Shown: positions 50,271 to 60,658 of the stretch, in pieces | How the letters are laid out: each line of letters begins with the position of its first letter | Position numbering within the stretch: position 1 is the first letter of the stretch | Source: Acidobacteriota bacterium | Lineage (GTDB): Bacteria > Acidobacteriota > UBA890 > WLXD01 | NCBI GenBank assembly: GCA_965248695.1 | Contig: CBDFKD010000002.1 | Location: 2,880,001-2,944,000 of the forward strand | Direction of reading: 5' to 3' | DNA: 64,000 bases | Notes under the pieces: model-generated | Told to the model about the DNA's origin: nothing | Seen by the model: only the letters and a program-made list of their open reading frames with translations | Databases searched by the model: none | Made by a program: the position numbers and the translations under genes

Positions 50271-51089
50271 TCACGCACAGATCGCGATCACCTGAAAGTA
50301 GAGCGTCCCGGCCACATTGTTGTTGCGCATGCCGCCGCCCCACTGGGTGGTACTGAACGGGCCACTCAGGATGATCTGGAAGTCCGTGGCCGCGAACATC
50401 GAGGGGACGGCGCAGGTGTTGAGCGTGGATACGATCGTACCGCCACCGGTCAACTCCGTGCCGGCCGGGCAATCGGCTGTAGCCTGGGCGGCGGCGGTGA
50501 AGAGGACAGGCGTACAGGCAGACGTGGCCTGCTGGATATTGGGCACCCCAGAAGGCCCGGTTGCTCCCGTCGCTCCCGTCGATCCCGTCGATCCTGTCGC
50601 CCCCGTGGGCCCTGTCGCTCCCGTCGCTCCTGTGGGCCCCGTATCACCCGCGGGCCCCGTATCTCCCGTCAGCCCAATCGGCCCACGCGGCCCAGGCAAC
50701 CCCGGCGGGCCCGGAGGTCCCGACGCGCCGGTTACCTCGCCGCCGCCAACGTCGAACTGGTCGGTCATGCCAGTGCCGCGGCTGTTGACGCCGCATTCCA
50801 CCGTCAAACGATAGCCGGCGGTGTCGATGTTGTCGGGCAAGTCGGCGACGATCGACTCCGGGCTATCGAGGTCGACCGAGTCGATCTCGAGCTCGATGGT
50901 CGAGAGTCTCACCACCGGGTTCAAGCAAAAGTTCTTGCCATAGATGATCACCTGCGTGCCATCGTCGCTCAGATCGACCTTGCGGATGGTCACCTCACGC
51001 TCTGGGGGCGCCAGGAGAGGCGACGTGAAGGCTCCGAGCCAAATGCCGACCGGGAGCAGGGTAAGAACGACGGTGACGTAACGATGCAT
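50271..51089 (-). CDS. Secreted collagen-like protein (N-terminal Ig/IPT-like domain, G-X-Y stalk, small Cys-containing C-domain)
   Basis: Signal peptide, IIYGKNF, G-X-Y repeats, [11 protein letters not shown]. Confidence 0.85.
   Translation of the reverse strand: MHRYVTVVLTLLPVGIWLGAFTSPLLAPPEREVTIRKVDLSDDGTQVIIYGKNFCLNPVVRLSTIELEIDSVDLDSPESIVADLPDNIDTAGYRLTVECGVNSRGTGMTDQFDVGGGEVTGASGPPGPPGLPGPRGPIGLTGDTGPAGDTGPTGATGATGPTGATGSTGSTGATGATGPSGVPNIQQATSACTPVLFTAAAQATADCPAGTELTGGGTIVSTLNTCAVPSMFAATDFQIILSGPFSTTQWGGGMRNNNVAGTLYFQVIAICA
50541..50729 (-). repeat. 21 uninterrupted collagen G-X-Y triplets, Thr-rich at Y
   Basis: [63 protein letters not shown]. Confidence 0.95.
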
Positions 51090-51369
51090 GTTCGTTCCTC
51101 GGTGATCCCGGCGCTCTCTACCGGGCGATTGAATTTGATATCTCCGCCTGAGAGGCGATGCCAATCGGCGATCATTGAGGCCGGATGAACGCCCGGCCGG
51201 GCCGGTGGGTACGGGCGGCAGCTCCCCGACGCAACAGCGACTTACGGCCTCTTGTTAGCCCACACACAAGCCTATCCCTCGACCATAGCGCGACCCACGG
51301 ATTCGTGGCTGGTCAGCCGCCGGCGTGCACACCGTAAGACGACCGCGACACCTCGGCCGGCCGGTCGCG

Positions 51370-53925
51370 CTACCGCTGCATCGTGAAGGTGAACTTCGCC
51401 GTCAGCGTACGGTCGTCGAGGCGGTCAAACGGGCCGCCGAAGGCGGTCGACTGCCGGTACACCAGGTAGAAGTCGTCGCCTGTGCGGTAGATGTAGCGGA
51501 GTCGTACGAACGCCGCCAGCTGGTCGGTGACGCTGCTGTGCTGCAGCAACGAGTCGAACAGCATTCGATCCGACAACGACAGCTCGGCGCGTAACCGCAC
51601 CAGGTGGGTATTGAAGCTTCCGCCAGGCAAGTGGATCCGATTGAAGCTGTACTGCGGGTTGAGCCTGAAGCGGTCGCTGAAGCGGACATTGGGGCCGCCA
51701 CCGATTCCGAAGCGCGTGCCGTCGTAAAAATTGCCCAGATTGAAGGTCAGGCTGCCGCTCACCGGACGGCTGGGGGCGGCGCGCAGCGTGATCTCCGCGT
51801 CAGTCCACGAGTAGTCTCCGATCGGAATGGTGACGTTCTCGTCGATGGGGAAATCGAAATCCAGCAGCTCGTAGTTGCGATTGACGCGGAAGCGGACGCC
51901 GTCGCCGGACTCGAGATCCAGCCGCGCTCCCAGACGACCCAGCCGGGAGACCTCCCGTCCACTGGTATCGGTAATGCGCTCGAACGAGGGCTCCAACGAC
52001 ACGCGTCGCATGAAGGGCCAGCTCGGGCGCAGCGACCAGCGACCCTGCGTGTTATAGCGCACGATGTTCTGTCGGAGGACGAACCCGAGGTCGCTGTCGA
52101 AATCGTCGGCCACATAGGTGACGTCGCCGCCCAGTCCCAACTCCTCGCTTTCCCACCCGGCGCTGAACTGCCCGACCCATGAGGTGCCCTCGACTTCGTT
52201 GTCCTGGCCACCGGCCACGAAGCCGGACACGAGCAGATGGTCGAAGAACGTGAAGTTGGCGTCGACGCCGAAGACGCGGTTGTACTGTCCGTCAGATCCC
52301 TGGACGTTGGTGACCAGCGCACCGACGGTCGACCGGTCGAGCACATCCTGCTTCCAGCGAAACGCGGCGAAGTTCTGGCCAGCGCCGAACTGCGAGTCAC
52401 CCGTTTGCACATTCACGAAACCGACGTTGCCGCCACCGAGCTTTCCCGTCAGCTTGCCGCCGTAGCGAATGGGGACGGGCTGCCCCCCTGGCCCCAGACC
52501 GATCCGGCGCGAGAAGAACAGTAGCGCCAGTGGCGGCTGGCGCTGGAAACCACCGCCCTCGCCAGCTGCCGAGCTACGGCGTGCCAGCGTGCCGAAGGTG
52601 AAGCTGTTGGCCGCCTCCAGAAAGAACTCGCGCTGCTCGGGAAAGAACAGCGAAAAGCGCGTCAAGTTCACCTGCTGCGTGTCGGCCTCGACCTCGGCGA
52701 AATCGGTGTTGGCGGTCAGGTCGGCGGTGAGGTTGGGCGTCAGCTGCACCTTGAAGACCTCGATGCCGATATCGCCCCTGGTGTCGGACACCGGGTCATC
52801 ATGCTGTTGGAACGAATCGTAACCACCGGTCACGAACGGCTTGAGCCGGAAACGATTGGTGAGCCCCAAGTTCGGCAGCCCGACGAGATTTCCATACTGC
52901 GAGACCGCCAGCCAGTTGTAGTCGCGGCTGGTGTTGTTCCAGTTGATGCGCTCCTTGGTACGTGCGACGTCACGCTCGAACTCGATGCCCCAGACGTTGC
53001 TGCCGGTGGGATACCGGAGGGCAGCGAACGGGATGGCGAGCTCGGCTTCCCAGCCGCGCTCGGTGATGCTCGCCGCAGCTTCCCAGGTCTCGTCCCAGTT
53101 CGCGTTGAGCTGGCTCTCGTCGCGCACCGTGAGGTCCAACTTGGCACCGAGCGCGTTGACCTCGAAGGCGAAGGCATTGCGACCGTCGTTGAAGGTGTCT
53201 ATGTAGAGTGCCACCCAGTCGTCACCGATCTGGAAGGCGTCGCGGCGCATTTCCTTGGCAACGATCTTGTCGGGCTCATCGTCGAACGCGATCCAACCGA
53301 AATACAGGGTTTCGTCGTCGTACAGGACGCGCACCTCGGTGCGGTGCGACGGTGCCGCGCCAGCGACAGGCTCCTTCTGGACGAAATCGCTCACCACGTC
53401 GGCAAGCAGCCAGGCCGCGTCGTCGATCCGACCATCAAGAGTTGGCGGTGTGTCGGTCCATGTCGCGGCGGTGCGCTTGCCATCGATGGGGAGGTCGGCG
53501 GATCCTGATGCTGCGGGGGCGTCCGTACTTGGAGCTGAATCGCCCACGTCGCCGGCGAGGACCATCCGCGTCGCGGCGTCGCCTTCGAGTGCCGTCGGGG
53601 CGCCGCTTTCTGACGCCGTCAGACCGTCTGGCAGCGTGATGGTCGGCGCAGTCGCTACCGGCGGGGCCGACGGCAACACCACCGCACCGGCCTCTCCGGG
53701 TCGGACCATCCGTACCGGGATGTTGCGTCCCGGCGTCGTCCGCTGCGGGCTCCCCGGCTCGCCTGGACGGACCATTCGCACGGGAATCTGCCGGCGTGGC
53801 CGCTCTTGCTCGTCACGCTCCTGCTCGGCGACCACCGAAGTGCTGACCAGCACGCCGGCCGCGGTCAGCAGTATCACCGCACATCGACAGATGGCGCCAA
53901 GGCGAACCGGGGCTGTGGAGGGCAT
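51370..53925 (-). CDS. CBM9-like + DUF5916 putative outer-membrane protein; start uncertain
   Basis: PTLDGRIDDAAW, GWEAELAIPF, NTDFAEVEAD, NLTRFSLFFPEQREFFLE, FFSRRIG; C-terminal beta-strand AKFTF. Confidence 0.85.
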   Translation of the reverse strand: MPSTAPVRLGAICRCAVILLTAAGVLVSTSVVAEQERDEQERPRRQIPVRMVRPGEPGSPQRTTPGRNIPVRMVRPGEAGAVVLPSAPPVATAPTITLPDGLTASESGAPTALEGDAATRMVLAGDVGDSAPSTDAPAASGSADLPIDGKRTAATWTDTPPTLDGRIDDAAWLLADVVSDFVQKEPVAGAAPSHRTEVRVLYDDETLYFGWIAFDDEPDKIVAKEMRRDAFQIGDDWVALYIDTFNDGRNAFAFEVNALGAKLDLTVRDESQLNANWDETWEAAASITERGWEAELAIPFAALRYPTGSNVWGIEFERDVARTKERINWNNTSRDYNWLAVSQYGNLVGLPNLGLTNRFRLKPFVTGGYDSFQQHDDPVSDTRGDIGIEVFKVQLTPNLTADLTANTDFAEVEADTQQVNLTRFSLFFPEQREFFLEAANSFTFGTLARRSSAAGEGGGFQRQPPLALLFFSRRIGLGPGGQPVPIRYGGKLTGKLGGGNVGFVNVQTGDSQFGAGQNFAAFRWKQDVLDRSTVGALVTNVQGSDGQYNRVFGVDANFTFFDHLLVSGFVAGGQDNEVEGTSWVGQFSAGWESEELGLGGDVTYVADDFDSDLGFVLRQNIVRYNTQGRWSLRPSWPFMRRVSLEPSFERITDTSGREVSRLGRLGARLDLESGDGVRFRVNRNYELLDFDFPIDENVTIPIGDYSWTDAEITLRAAPSRPVSGSLTFNLGNFYDGTRFGIGGGPNVRFSDRFRLNPQYSFNRIHLPGGSFNTHLVRLRAELSLSDRMLFDSLLQHSSVTDQLAAFVRLRYIYRTGDDFYLVYRQSTAFGGPFDRLDDRTLTAKFTFTMQR

Positions 53926-54126
53926 GCTCGGAAGATGCACTGGATCGTTGCTCCAGGCGTGCCGCCGGACGGAGGGGCTCGACACGGGGTACAGATTGCC
54001 AATTTAGCAGAGCCAGCCCCGCCAGCTCAGACACGCCGGCCGTTGCCCCGCCGACGGCGGCCAGGCGCGGACCAGGCGTGGCTGGCACCGGTCCCACTTC
54101 GTCTCACCGCATGTCAAGAAACATGG

Positions 54127-54422
54127 TCAACCGCCGGAGAGTCGCGACCAACGCAGCTTGGCGAGAATCGTGTCCTGCGGGCGAGTGCCCGGATACGTGA
54201 GTCAGCAGGCCCTGCTGTGACACTTCAAGAGCCGCTTCACGTATAGGTCTCCGAGCTCGTCTGGCGCTAGGTCGGGGAATCGATCCCGGAGGCCGGCCTT
54301 GAACAGCGCTCGACTCCAGGAGGAGAGCTCGAACGCCTTCTTCAGACGCTCCTCTGCGACATGGCGGCAAGCGTGCGCAAGTAGTGATCGTGGTGCGGGC
54401 GCGACTTAGCCGAACGGAGCAT
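54127..54422 (-). pseudogene. Degraded two-gene module: small helical protein (54202-54422, 1-nt frameshift) plus a nucleotidyltransferase-like gene reduced to its ends (54127-54223)
   Basis: HYLRTLAAMS/EERLKKAFELSSWSRALFKAGLRDRFPDL...KCHSRAC*, overlapped by VSQQGLLTHV // PQDTILAKLRWSRLSGG*. Confidence 0.6.
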
Positions 54423-54605
54423 GGTCGGAGTATATACGCGGCGTTTCGCCGCCCCGCTCCCGTCCCCGGGGTGCCCGCCCGTTGGATCTCGTTCCCTCCG
54501 GCGATAGGCTCCACGCGGTGACGCACGCTGCTGTGGGAGTCGCGAGCGATCATTGGCGGATGGTTGGTGCCGTCACGCCACACCCACTCAACGACTGCTG
54601 AATCA

Positions 54606-55187
54606 ATGCGCAAGCTCCAGGCCAGCCTTACATTGCCGCAAGTAGCAGCCGTGGCTTTCCTCGTCGTCGGTAGCGCCGCAGCGCTTCGCGCCATGGGGCG
54701 CGTTGTCTGGTGCGGGGGCGGACAACCGCATCTGTTCTCGGCCGACATCTGGAGCATGCACAACTCGCAACATCTGGCCGACCCCTACACGCTGACCCAT
54801 GTATCGCACGGAGTCGTCTTCTACGGGTTGCTATGGCTACTCGTCGGCACGCGGCTGTCGAGCAACTGGCGCTTCGTCGTGACGCTGGGTATCGAGACCG
54901 TCTGGGAGGTCTTCGAGAACACGCCGTACATGATCGACCGCTATCGCGAATCGACGATCTCGCTGGACTACTACGGCGACAGCATCGCCAACTCGCTGGC
55001 CGATATTGCGGCCTGCGGCATGGGCTATGTCCTGGCAGCCACCATCCCGGTGTGGGCCTCCGCGGGTGGTTTTGTGGCGGTGGAAGCGCTGCTGATCTTG
55101 TGGATCCGCGACAGCTTGCTGCTCAACATCCTGATGCTGATCTACCCGCTCGACGTGATCAAGAACTGGCAGCTCCCCGGCGGATAG
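54606..55187 (+). CDS. DUF2585 (UPF0314) membrane protein
   Basis: MGRVVWC, NSQHLADPYTLTHVSHG, WEVFENTP..IDRYR, YYGDSIANS, IRDSLLLNILML. Confidence 0.88.
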   Translation: MRKLQASLTLPQVAAVAFLVVGSAAALRAMGRVVWCGGGQPHLFSADIWSMHNSQHLADPYTLTHVSHGVVFYGLLWLLVGTRLSSNWRFVVTLGIETVWEVFENTPYMIDRYRESTISLDYYGDSIANSLADIAACGMGYVLAATIPVWASAGGFVAVEALLILWIRDSLLLNILMLIYPLDVIKNWQLPGG

Positions 55188-55194
55188 GACATCG

Positions 55195-55359
55195 GATGCG
55201 TTCAAGGCTGATCCGGTACGCAGTCTTTCCGTGGGCAAGTGGGCCGACTTCGTCATCCTCGATGAGCAGCTGCCTGCCGAGGTCGACCGTAGCATCGAGA
55301 ATCGCGGGGCCACGGCAACCTGCCTCGCCGGCACGCGCGTCTATCCACCCGCCCAGTAG
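55195..55359 (+). pseudogene. C-terminal relic of an amidohydrolase-3 gene
   Basis: SLSVGKWADFVILD...ATCLAGTRVY...*; no start codon. Confidence 0.6.
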
Positions 55360-55434
55360 ATCCGACCCCGGAGCCGCCGGAATCTGAGCGACTCCGCCAG
55401 CGCCCGCCGCGGAGGTCCGTATCCGGCACAACCG

Positions 55435-55794
55435 TCAGGCCAGCGGCACGAGCTTCGACCTGCGAATTCGCCGGTCACGGGTCAACAGCGGGACACCGTG
55501 GATCACGCTGGTGGCGGCGATCAGCTCGTCGGCCGGGTCACCCGCGAAATCGAGCCCGGTCGAGGCCTTCGCAATCGCCCAGTCGAGCGGCCACACGTGA
55601 AGAGCCGCGATCGCGGCGGCGACCTCCGGATCGTTGAGATCGACTTCGATCTTTCCCAGCTGGGCAAGCTTCGCGAGCTCCCAGTGGACGATGGCGGCGA
55701 TGCCCCAATCGGAGCGCGAGAGAACGTCACGCTCACGCGGCTGCAGGTCGCCGCGCAGCGCGTAGATCAGTATGTGGGTATCAAGATTCAGCAT
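55435..55794 (-). CDS. vapC: VapC/PIN-domain toxin
   Basis: LDTHILI, WELAKL, DPADELIAAT, LLTRD. Confidence 0.92.
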   Translation of the reverse strand: MLNLDTHILIYALRGDLQPRERDVLSRSDWGIAAIVHWELAKLAQLGKIEVDLNDPEVAAAIAALHVWPLDWAIAKASTGLDFAGDPADELIAATSVIHGVPLLTRDRRIRRSKLVPLA

Positions 55795-56005
55795 CGGCAT
55801 CCCACGACAGGCCGGTCGACAGGATGTCTCCTGTGACGGTGATCTTGTCGCGCAACGCCCCGATCATGGCTCCAGCCGGTGGCGGATAGGGCACCACCCG
55901 GGCGACGGGCCGGCCGTGCTTGGTGATCACCATACCCTCAGGACTCAGACGGTCGAACAGCGCCAGGCACTGTTCTTTGAATTTGGCCGCACCGATTGTC
56001 TTCAT
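55781..56005 (-). CDS. Phd/YefM-family antitoxin
   Basis: MKTIGAAKFKEQCLALFD...VITKHGRPVARVVP; overlaps the toxin start. Confidence 0.92.
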   Translation of the reverse strand: MKTIGAAKFKEQCLALFDRLSPEGMVITKHGRPVARVVPYPPPAGAMIGALRDKITVTGDILSTGLSWDADAES

Positions 56006-56015
56006 CGATAGCCTA

Positions 56016-56047
56016 TATGACTAGAATTTACGACTAGCCATATTATA
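56016..56047 (-). promoter_or_regulatory. Likely TA promoter/operator
   Basis: Direct repeat TAYGACTAG at 56016-56024 and 56029-56037, and a minus-strand TATAAT at 56042-56047. Confidence 0.5.
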
Positions 56048-56158
56048 TGTCCAATTCCTGGCAAGGCGACATCCTCTGCTCTATCCGGACGGTCACGGCC
56101 GAGCTCATGGCAGGTGTGCCCCGGCGCCCGACCACCATGGAAGCCCAGGAGGCGGACT

Positions 56159-57517
56159 TCAGACGAGCGGCAATCCCCAGATGACCCACGAGGCCCAGCC
56201 GATGGCGAGCACCATCACTCGCCCCAGGGACACGCGGAACGTGGGCAGCCAGTCCTCGGGCTCGGCTGGCCATGACCTGGCCAGCAGGAACGCAAGCATG
56301 ACCAGGGTCACGGCGTTCCATCCGACCACCGCGTGGCGATTTGGCGTCAGCCCGGCTTCCAGCGTCCTGCTCAGGATGGCCGCAAGGGCGTAGACGTTCA
56401 GCAGCAGGGTCAGGGAGCTCAACGAAAGCACCCCGAGACGCAGGAGGCGCGCTTGGGTCCGTTCACCGCGATCGGCAGCGCTGGTAGCGAGAGCTTCCCG
56501 GCGCCCATTCCCGGGTGAAACCGCGGCAGCAAGCAACGTCAGGATCGCGATGATCGTGGCGTTGTAGATCATCAGGACCGTGCGCTCCTCAAACGGTCGC
56601 CAGAAGTAGACCGGAATGAACCAGAGCACGTAGAGCGCCAGCACGCTGAGAGCCGCCGGCAATAGCAGCCACGTCATGATGCGGAGGATGCGCGCCAGTC
56701 CCGTGGCGCGTTGCTGTGCAGGGGGCGACTCGGGATCGTAGACGCTCGCCACCGCCAGCACAGGGATCAGGCCGATGCCGAAGGCCGCCGCAGCGCGGAG
56801 CACGCTCTCGGGAAGCTCGATGCCGAACACCGCGAAGATCCCCAGCGTGAGCCCGGCAAAGATGAGGCCGGCACCGAGGTAGATCCCACCGGTAACCAGC
56901 GCCTCCATCGATCGCACGATGTAGGCATAGAAGTGCGTGGCGCGATCGGTCCGACCCAGCGTCACGCTCGCGCCGATTGCCGCCCAGGCCACGAAAGGAA
57001 GGTGCAGGGCAACCAGCGTAGCCGCGTTGTCCGTTCTCCCCCATGAGACCAGCGCGCTGACAACGGCCGCAAGGATCACAGCCCCGGCTGCTCCTGCCAC
57101 CCACCGAAGCCGCTCGCGTTGCGTTTCGGTAGCGGCGATGAAGATCATGACCGCGATGGCCGCCAAGGGGGCCCATCCGATCCAGAACAATGGGTGCGCT
57201 TCACCCGGGACAGGAACCGGAGGCTTGTCGCCGGCGAAGAGCGTGAAGAGGGCCCCGCAGGCGACGCTGATGCCCAACGCTGTTGTCCAGCGTCGCTTGC
57301 CGGCGTCGTGGTCGTCGACCCTGGAGGCGACGGCACCTTGGTCGTCGAGATCGAGTCTGTATACCCAGGCGCGAAGCAGGACACTTTCCGGAGCCGCCTC
57401 GAAGCACTGCGCCACCGCGGCGGCGAAGGTGCGCTCCTGGCCGCGCTGCATTGCCGTCCGGTAGAGATCTTCGAGCGCCTCGGGATCCTCGCGTATCTCG
57501 TCGACCTGTTCTTTCAT
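56159..57517 (-). CDS. DUF4153-like multi-pass membrane protein
   Basis: DPEALEDLYR, AWVYRL, ALHLP, GLTLGIFAVFGI, GLTPNRHAVVGWN. Confidence 0.7.
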   Translation of the reverse strand: MKEQVDEIREDPEALEDLYRTAMQRGQERTFAAAVAQCFEAAPESVLLRAWVYRLDLDDQGAVASRVDDHDAGKRRWTTALGISVACGALFTLFAGDKPPVPVPGEAHPLFWIGWAPLAAIAVMIFIAATETQRERLRWVAGAAGAVILAAVVSALVSWGRTDNAATLVALHLPFVAWAAIGASVTLGRTDRATHFYAYIVRSMEALVTGGIYLGAGLIFAGLTLGIFAVFGIELPESVLRAAAAFGIGLIPVLAVASVYDPESPPAQQRATGLARILRIMTWLLLPAALSVLALYVLWFIPVYFWRPFEERTVLMIYNATIIAILTLLAAAVSPGNGRREALATSAADRGERTQARLLRLGVLSLSSLTLLLNVYALAAILSRTLEAGLTPNRHAVVGWNAVTLVMLAFLLARSWPAEPEDWLPTFRVSLGRVMVLAIGWASWVIWGLPLV

Positions 57518-57659
57518 GTCCACCGGTACGGTTGGGTCCGCGAGCGAAGTCCGAACCTGAATCACAAGGTGAGACAGTATCAGAAAGTTCTTTTTGTTTC
57601 AAAGTACGGGAAGGACTCACCCAGCCAAAGCGCTGCCGGATGAGGCTGCGAGGCACTTC

Positions 57660-59096
57660 TCACTCTCCGCCATCGACCCGTTCGATCTCACCCCAGGCGT
57701 CGAGCTGAGGCTCGGACTCGATCATGGGCGACGCTTCAATCTGCGCGAGCGGGCCCACTACCGAAACCAGCATTCGATCGGGGTGGATGTATCTACGCGC
57801 GGCTTCCTGTACCTGCTTCAGGGTCACCGCACGAATACGCTCCGGATAGCCGGCCGACCAAGAATGGTCGCCGTCACGTAGCCATTCCAGTGCGAAGCTC
57901 CGTGACGCATCGAGCCCGGTTGCGTACCGCGCCGCGTACGTCCCGTCAGCGAGTGCTCCCGTCGCCACGAACAGCTCGTCGTCGCTCGCTATCGTGTCGC
58001 GGATCCTCTGGAGCTCCCGGAAGGTGATCTCCACCAGCAAGCGCACTGCCTCGGGTCGCCCGGAGGTGCGGAACGTGTAGCTCCCGGGACCTCGCACGCC
58101 AGGCTCGAGGAACGAGCTGTTGTCGTTGGTTAGCCCGCGCAGCTCCCTCGACTCGCGGAACAAGCGTGAGTCGAGGTGATAGGCGCCGAGAATGTAGTTC
58201 ATCACCTCGAGCGCGGCCTGATCCGGTCGCGGCACGACGGGGATCTCGTGGCCGATCACGACCCAGCCCTGGAGCTTGTCGACATTTGCCTGAACGACGC
58301 GACGCGGCGACGCTGTTGTCACCTCCGCGAACGTCACGGCCGGAATACGTTCAGCTCCACTCCACCGCGAGAATGCTGCAGCGATCCGACGTCGTGCCTC
58401 TGCCGTGCCGAAATCACCAGCGACGGCGAGAACAGTGTTGGCCGGAACGAAGTAGTTGCGGTGGAAGTGCTCGGCGCCAGCGGCGTTGGCCGCGGCCATG
58501 TCGGCGGCGGATGGACTACGCCCGAACGGATGGGCCTGGTACAGCCGACGGTCGAACGCGGCGATCGCCCCGGCGATCGAGCTCGCCCAATCGATTCCCT
58601 CGGCCTGAGATCTGCGAACCGTGCCGCCAGCCGACGAGGCGCCGAACGCCGGCGCCTGCAGGGTGGCTGCGAGCAGGTCGAGCGCCCGCCATGCATCTTC
58701 GGCGGGTACATCGAGGGTGACCTCGGTCTCCTCTCGGCCCACGCTCACCGTGTACGCGGCCGCCATCTCGTCGAGCGCGGCACGGAACTCCGCCGCCGAC
58801 ATCGATGCCGGACCGCGCCGCAGCGCCGCAGCCACGGCGGCGGCCTCACCGGGGGCGCCGTGCGCCGATCCGGCGGCGACGAACGCCGTCAGCGTCATCA
58901 GCGGCGCACGATGATCCTCGGCCACATAGGCGCTCAGCCCGTTGGCCAGCTCCAGTCGAAGAGCTTCAGGATCAGGACGCTCGAACGAAGAGGCCGGCAG
59001 GCCCATGTCCCGCGGATGCGTGGTGTCCTGGGCGACCGCCGGAGCTACGTGAACGGCCAGCGCTGCCGCCGCGATGAGAAACCGCCGGGCGATCAT
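57660..59096 (-). CDS. M16 family peptidase, non-catalytic subunit
   Basis: LANGLSAYVAEDHRAP, FVPANTVLAVAGD, SRLFRESRELRGL; no HxxEH. Confidence 0.88.
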   Translation of the reverse strand: MIARRFLIAAAALAVHVAPAVAQDTTHPRDMGLPASSFERPDPEALRLELANGLSAYVAEDHRAPLMTLTAFVAAGSAHGAPGEAAAVAAALRRGPASMSAAEFRAALDEMAAAYTVSVGREETEVTLDVPAEDAWRALDLLAATLQAPAFGASSAGGTVRRSQAEGIDWASSIAGAIAAFDRRLYQAHPFGRSPSAADMAAANAAGAEHFHRNYFVPANTVLAVAGDFGTAEARRRIAAAFSRWSGAERIPAVTFAEVTTASPRRVVQANVDKLQGWVVIGHEIPVVPRPDQAALEVMNYILGAYHLDSRLFRESRELRGLTNDNSSFLEPGVRGPGSYTFRTSGRPEAVRLLVEITFRELQRIRDTIASDDELFVATGALADGTYAARYATGLDASRSFALEWLRDGDHSWSAGYPERIRAVTLKQVQEAARRYIHPDRMLVSVVGPLAQIEASPMIESEPQLDAWGEIERVDGGE

Positions 59097-60658
59097 GGCC
59101 GGTCCTCCGAGGGGGGCAGATGGGGCGTTCGTGAGCGCGCCACACCCACCGCGCGGTTGTCGGGCACGAAGTAGAGCCGTGCGATCCGGGCTATGTCTTC
59201 CGCGGAGGCGTTGTCGCGCCCATCGAGGAATTCTTGAAGCGTCTGCCATCGGTCCATCGTCTGGAAGTGCCCGATCTCGAAGGCGAGGGCGCTCGAGTCT
59301 CTGGCGGTACGGTGCCACTGGGTGCGAAGCACCTTTTGGGCGCGGGCCACTTTGCCGGCGTCCGGAGGGGTCATCAGTAACTGGATCGTCTCTTCCAGCA
59401 GCGCTTCGGCCGCGCCCAACTTCCCTTCATCCGACAGGATCAGCTCGAAGTTGATCGTGCCGGGGACGCCGAAGCGCGCCGTGTGCACCACGCGCGTGTT
59501 CACGTTCACCCCGCCTGCGATCGCGGCGCCAGCGACTTTCTCGGTGAGCAGATCGGCGGCGACCTCGCCCAGCACATCGAAGAGGGGCCGATCGGGGTGG
59601 CCGACTGCCGGGATCTGATAGCGGAACTCCACTCGCGGTTCGATCTGGTCGTTGCGGTAGACGAGTCGACGCTCGGCACCGGGTAACGGTTCGACCGCGG
59701 GCGTCCGAGTGGGCTCGGGAGCGCGTTCCATCCACCCGAAGTAGTGCTCCACACGCGGGATCATCGCCTCGAGCGACACCCCGCCGACGAACACCAGCGT
59801 GGTGTTGTTCACCACGAAGTACTCCTCGTACATGGCCCGCTGCGAGGTGCGCGTGTACTCGCCGAAGTCGGTGCTGTAGCCCTCGGGCCAGAACACCGGA
59901 TGCACGATCCCCGACAGCGCGTTCATCTGCTCGTAGTACGGCGTCGAGGCGCTGTTCAGGTCGCCGAGACGTTGCTCCACGAGGATCATGCGCTCCTGCT
60001 CGAACTCCCGGAACACGGTGTTCGACATTCGATCCGCCTCGACCCGAAGGAACAGATCGACGCGATCGGCCGGCAGGGTGATGTCGAACTTCATGTACTC
60101 CTGCTCGGTGGTCGCGGTGAGGTCCGTTCCCCCGTAGGCCTGGTACCACTTGCCGGTGGCGCCGCTCTCCCGGTACTTCGCAGTCTGCCGCTCGAGCTCC
60201 GCCAGCTCGTCGAGCAGCTCGTCCATGGTCGATGTGCTTTCAACATGGCGGTAGTCGTCGATGATGCCGCGTTGCCGGATGGCGTTCCTGGCTCGGTTCT
60301 TCTCTTCGATCAACTGGTCTTCGAGCTCCCACATCCGTTCGCGGATCGGCCGTTCAGCTTCCCAGTCGGTCGAGCCCAGCGTCGGGGTGCCCTTGAACAT
60401 CATGTGTTCCTGGAAGTGCGCCGCTCCGAGCAGCCCTGGCACTTCGTGAATCGCGCCCATGTCCGTGAAGATCTTGCAGGTCACCCTGGGGTCGTCGCTG
60501 CGCTCCAGAACGAGCAGACGGAGACCGTTGTCGAAGACATGCTCTCGAATGGGCAGGTCGTAGTTGGACTGAGCGGCGGACGTTCCAGGGATCGCGGCAA
60601 GGACGATGGGCAGCGTCAACAGAGTCCAGCGGACAAGGGCACGACGGGAACGATTCAT
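59093..60658 (-). CDS. M16 family zinc peptidase, catalytic subunit
   Basis: GAAHFQEHMMFKGT (HxxEH), EADRM, signal peptide; ATGA-coupled to its partner. Confidence 0.92.
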   Translation of the reverse strand: MNRSRRALVRWTLLTLPIVLAAIPGTSAAQSNYDLPIREHVFDNGLRLLVLERSDDPRVTCKIFTDMGAIHEVPGLLGAAHFQEHMMFKGTPTLGSTDWEAERPIRERMWELEDQLIEEKNRARNAIRQRGIIDDYRHVESTSTMDELLDELAELERQTAKYRESGATGKWYQAYGGTDLTATTEQEYMKFDITLPADRVDLFLRVEADRMSNTVFREFEQERMILVEQRLGDLNSASTPYYEQMNALSGIVHPVFWPEGYSTDFGEYTRTSQRAMYEEYFVVNNTTLVFVGGVSLEAMIPRVEHYFGWMERAPEPTRTPAVEPLPGAERRLVYRNDQIEPRVEFRYQIPAVGHPDRPLFDVLGEVAADLLTEKVAGAAIAGGVNVNTRVVHTARFGVPGTINFELILSDEGKLGAAEALLEETIQLLMTPPDAGKVARAQKVLRTQWHRTARDSSALAFEIGHFQTMDRWQTLQEFLDGRDNASAEDIARIARLYFVPDNRAVGVARSRTPHLPPSEDRP

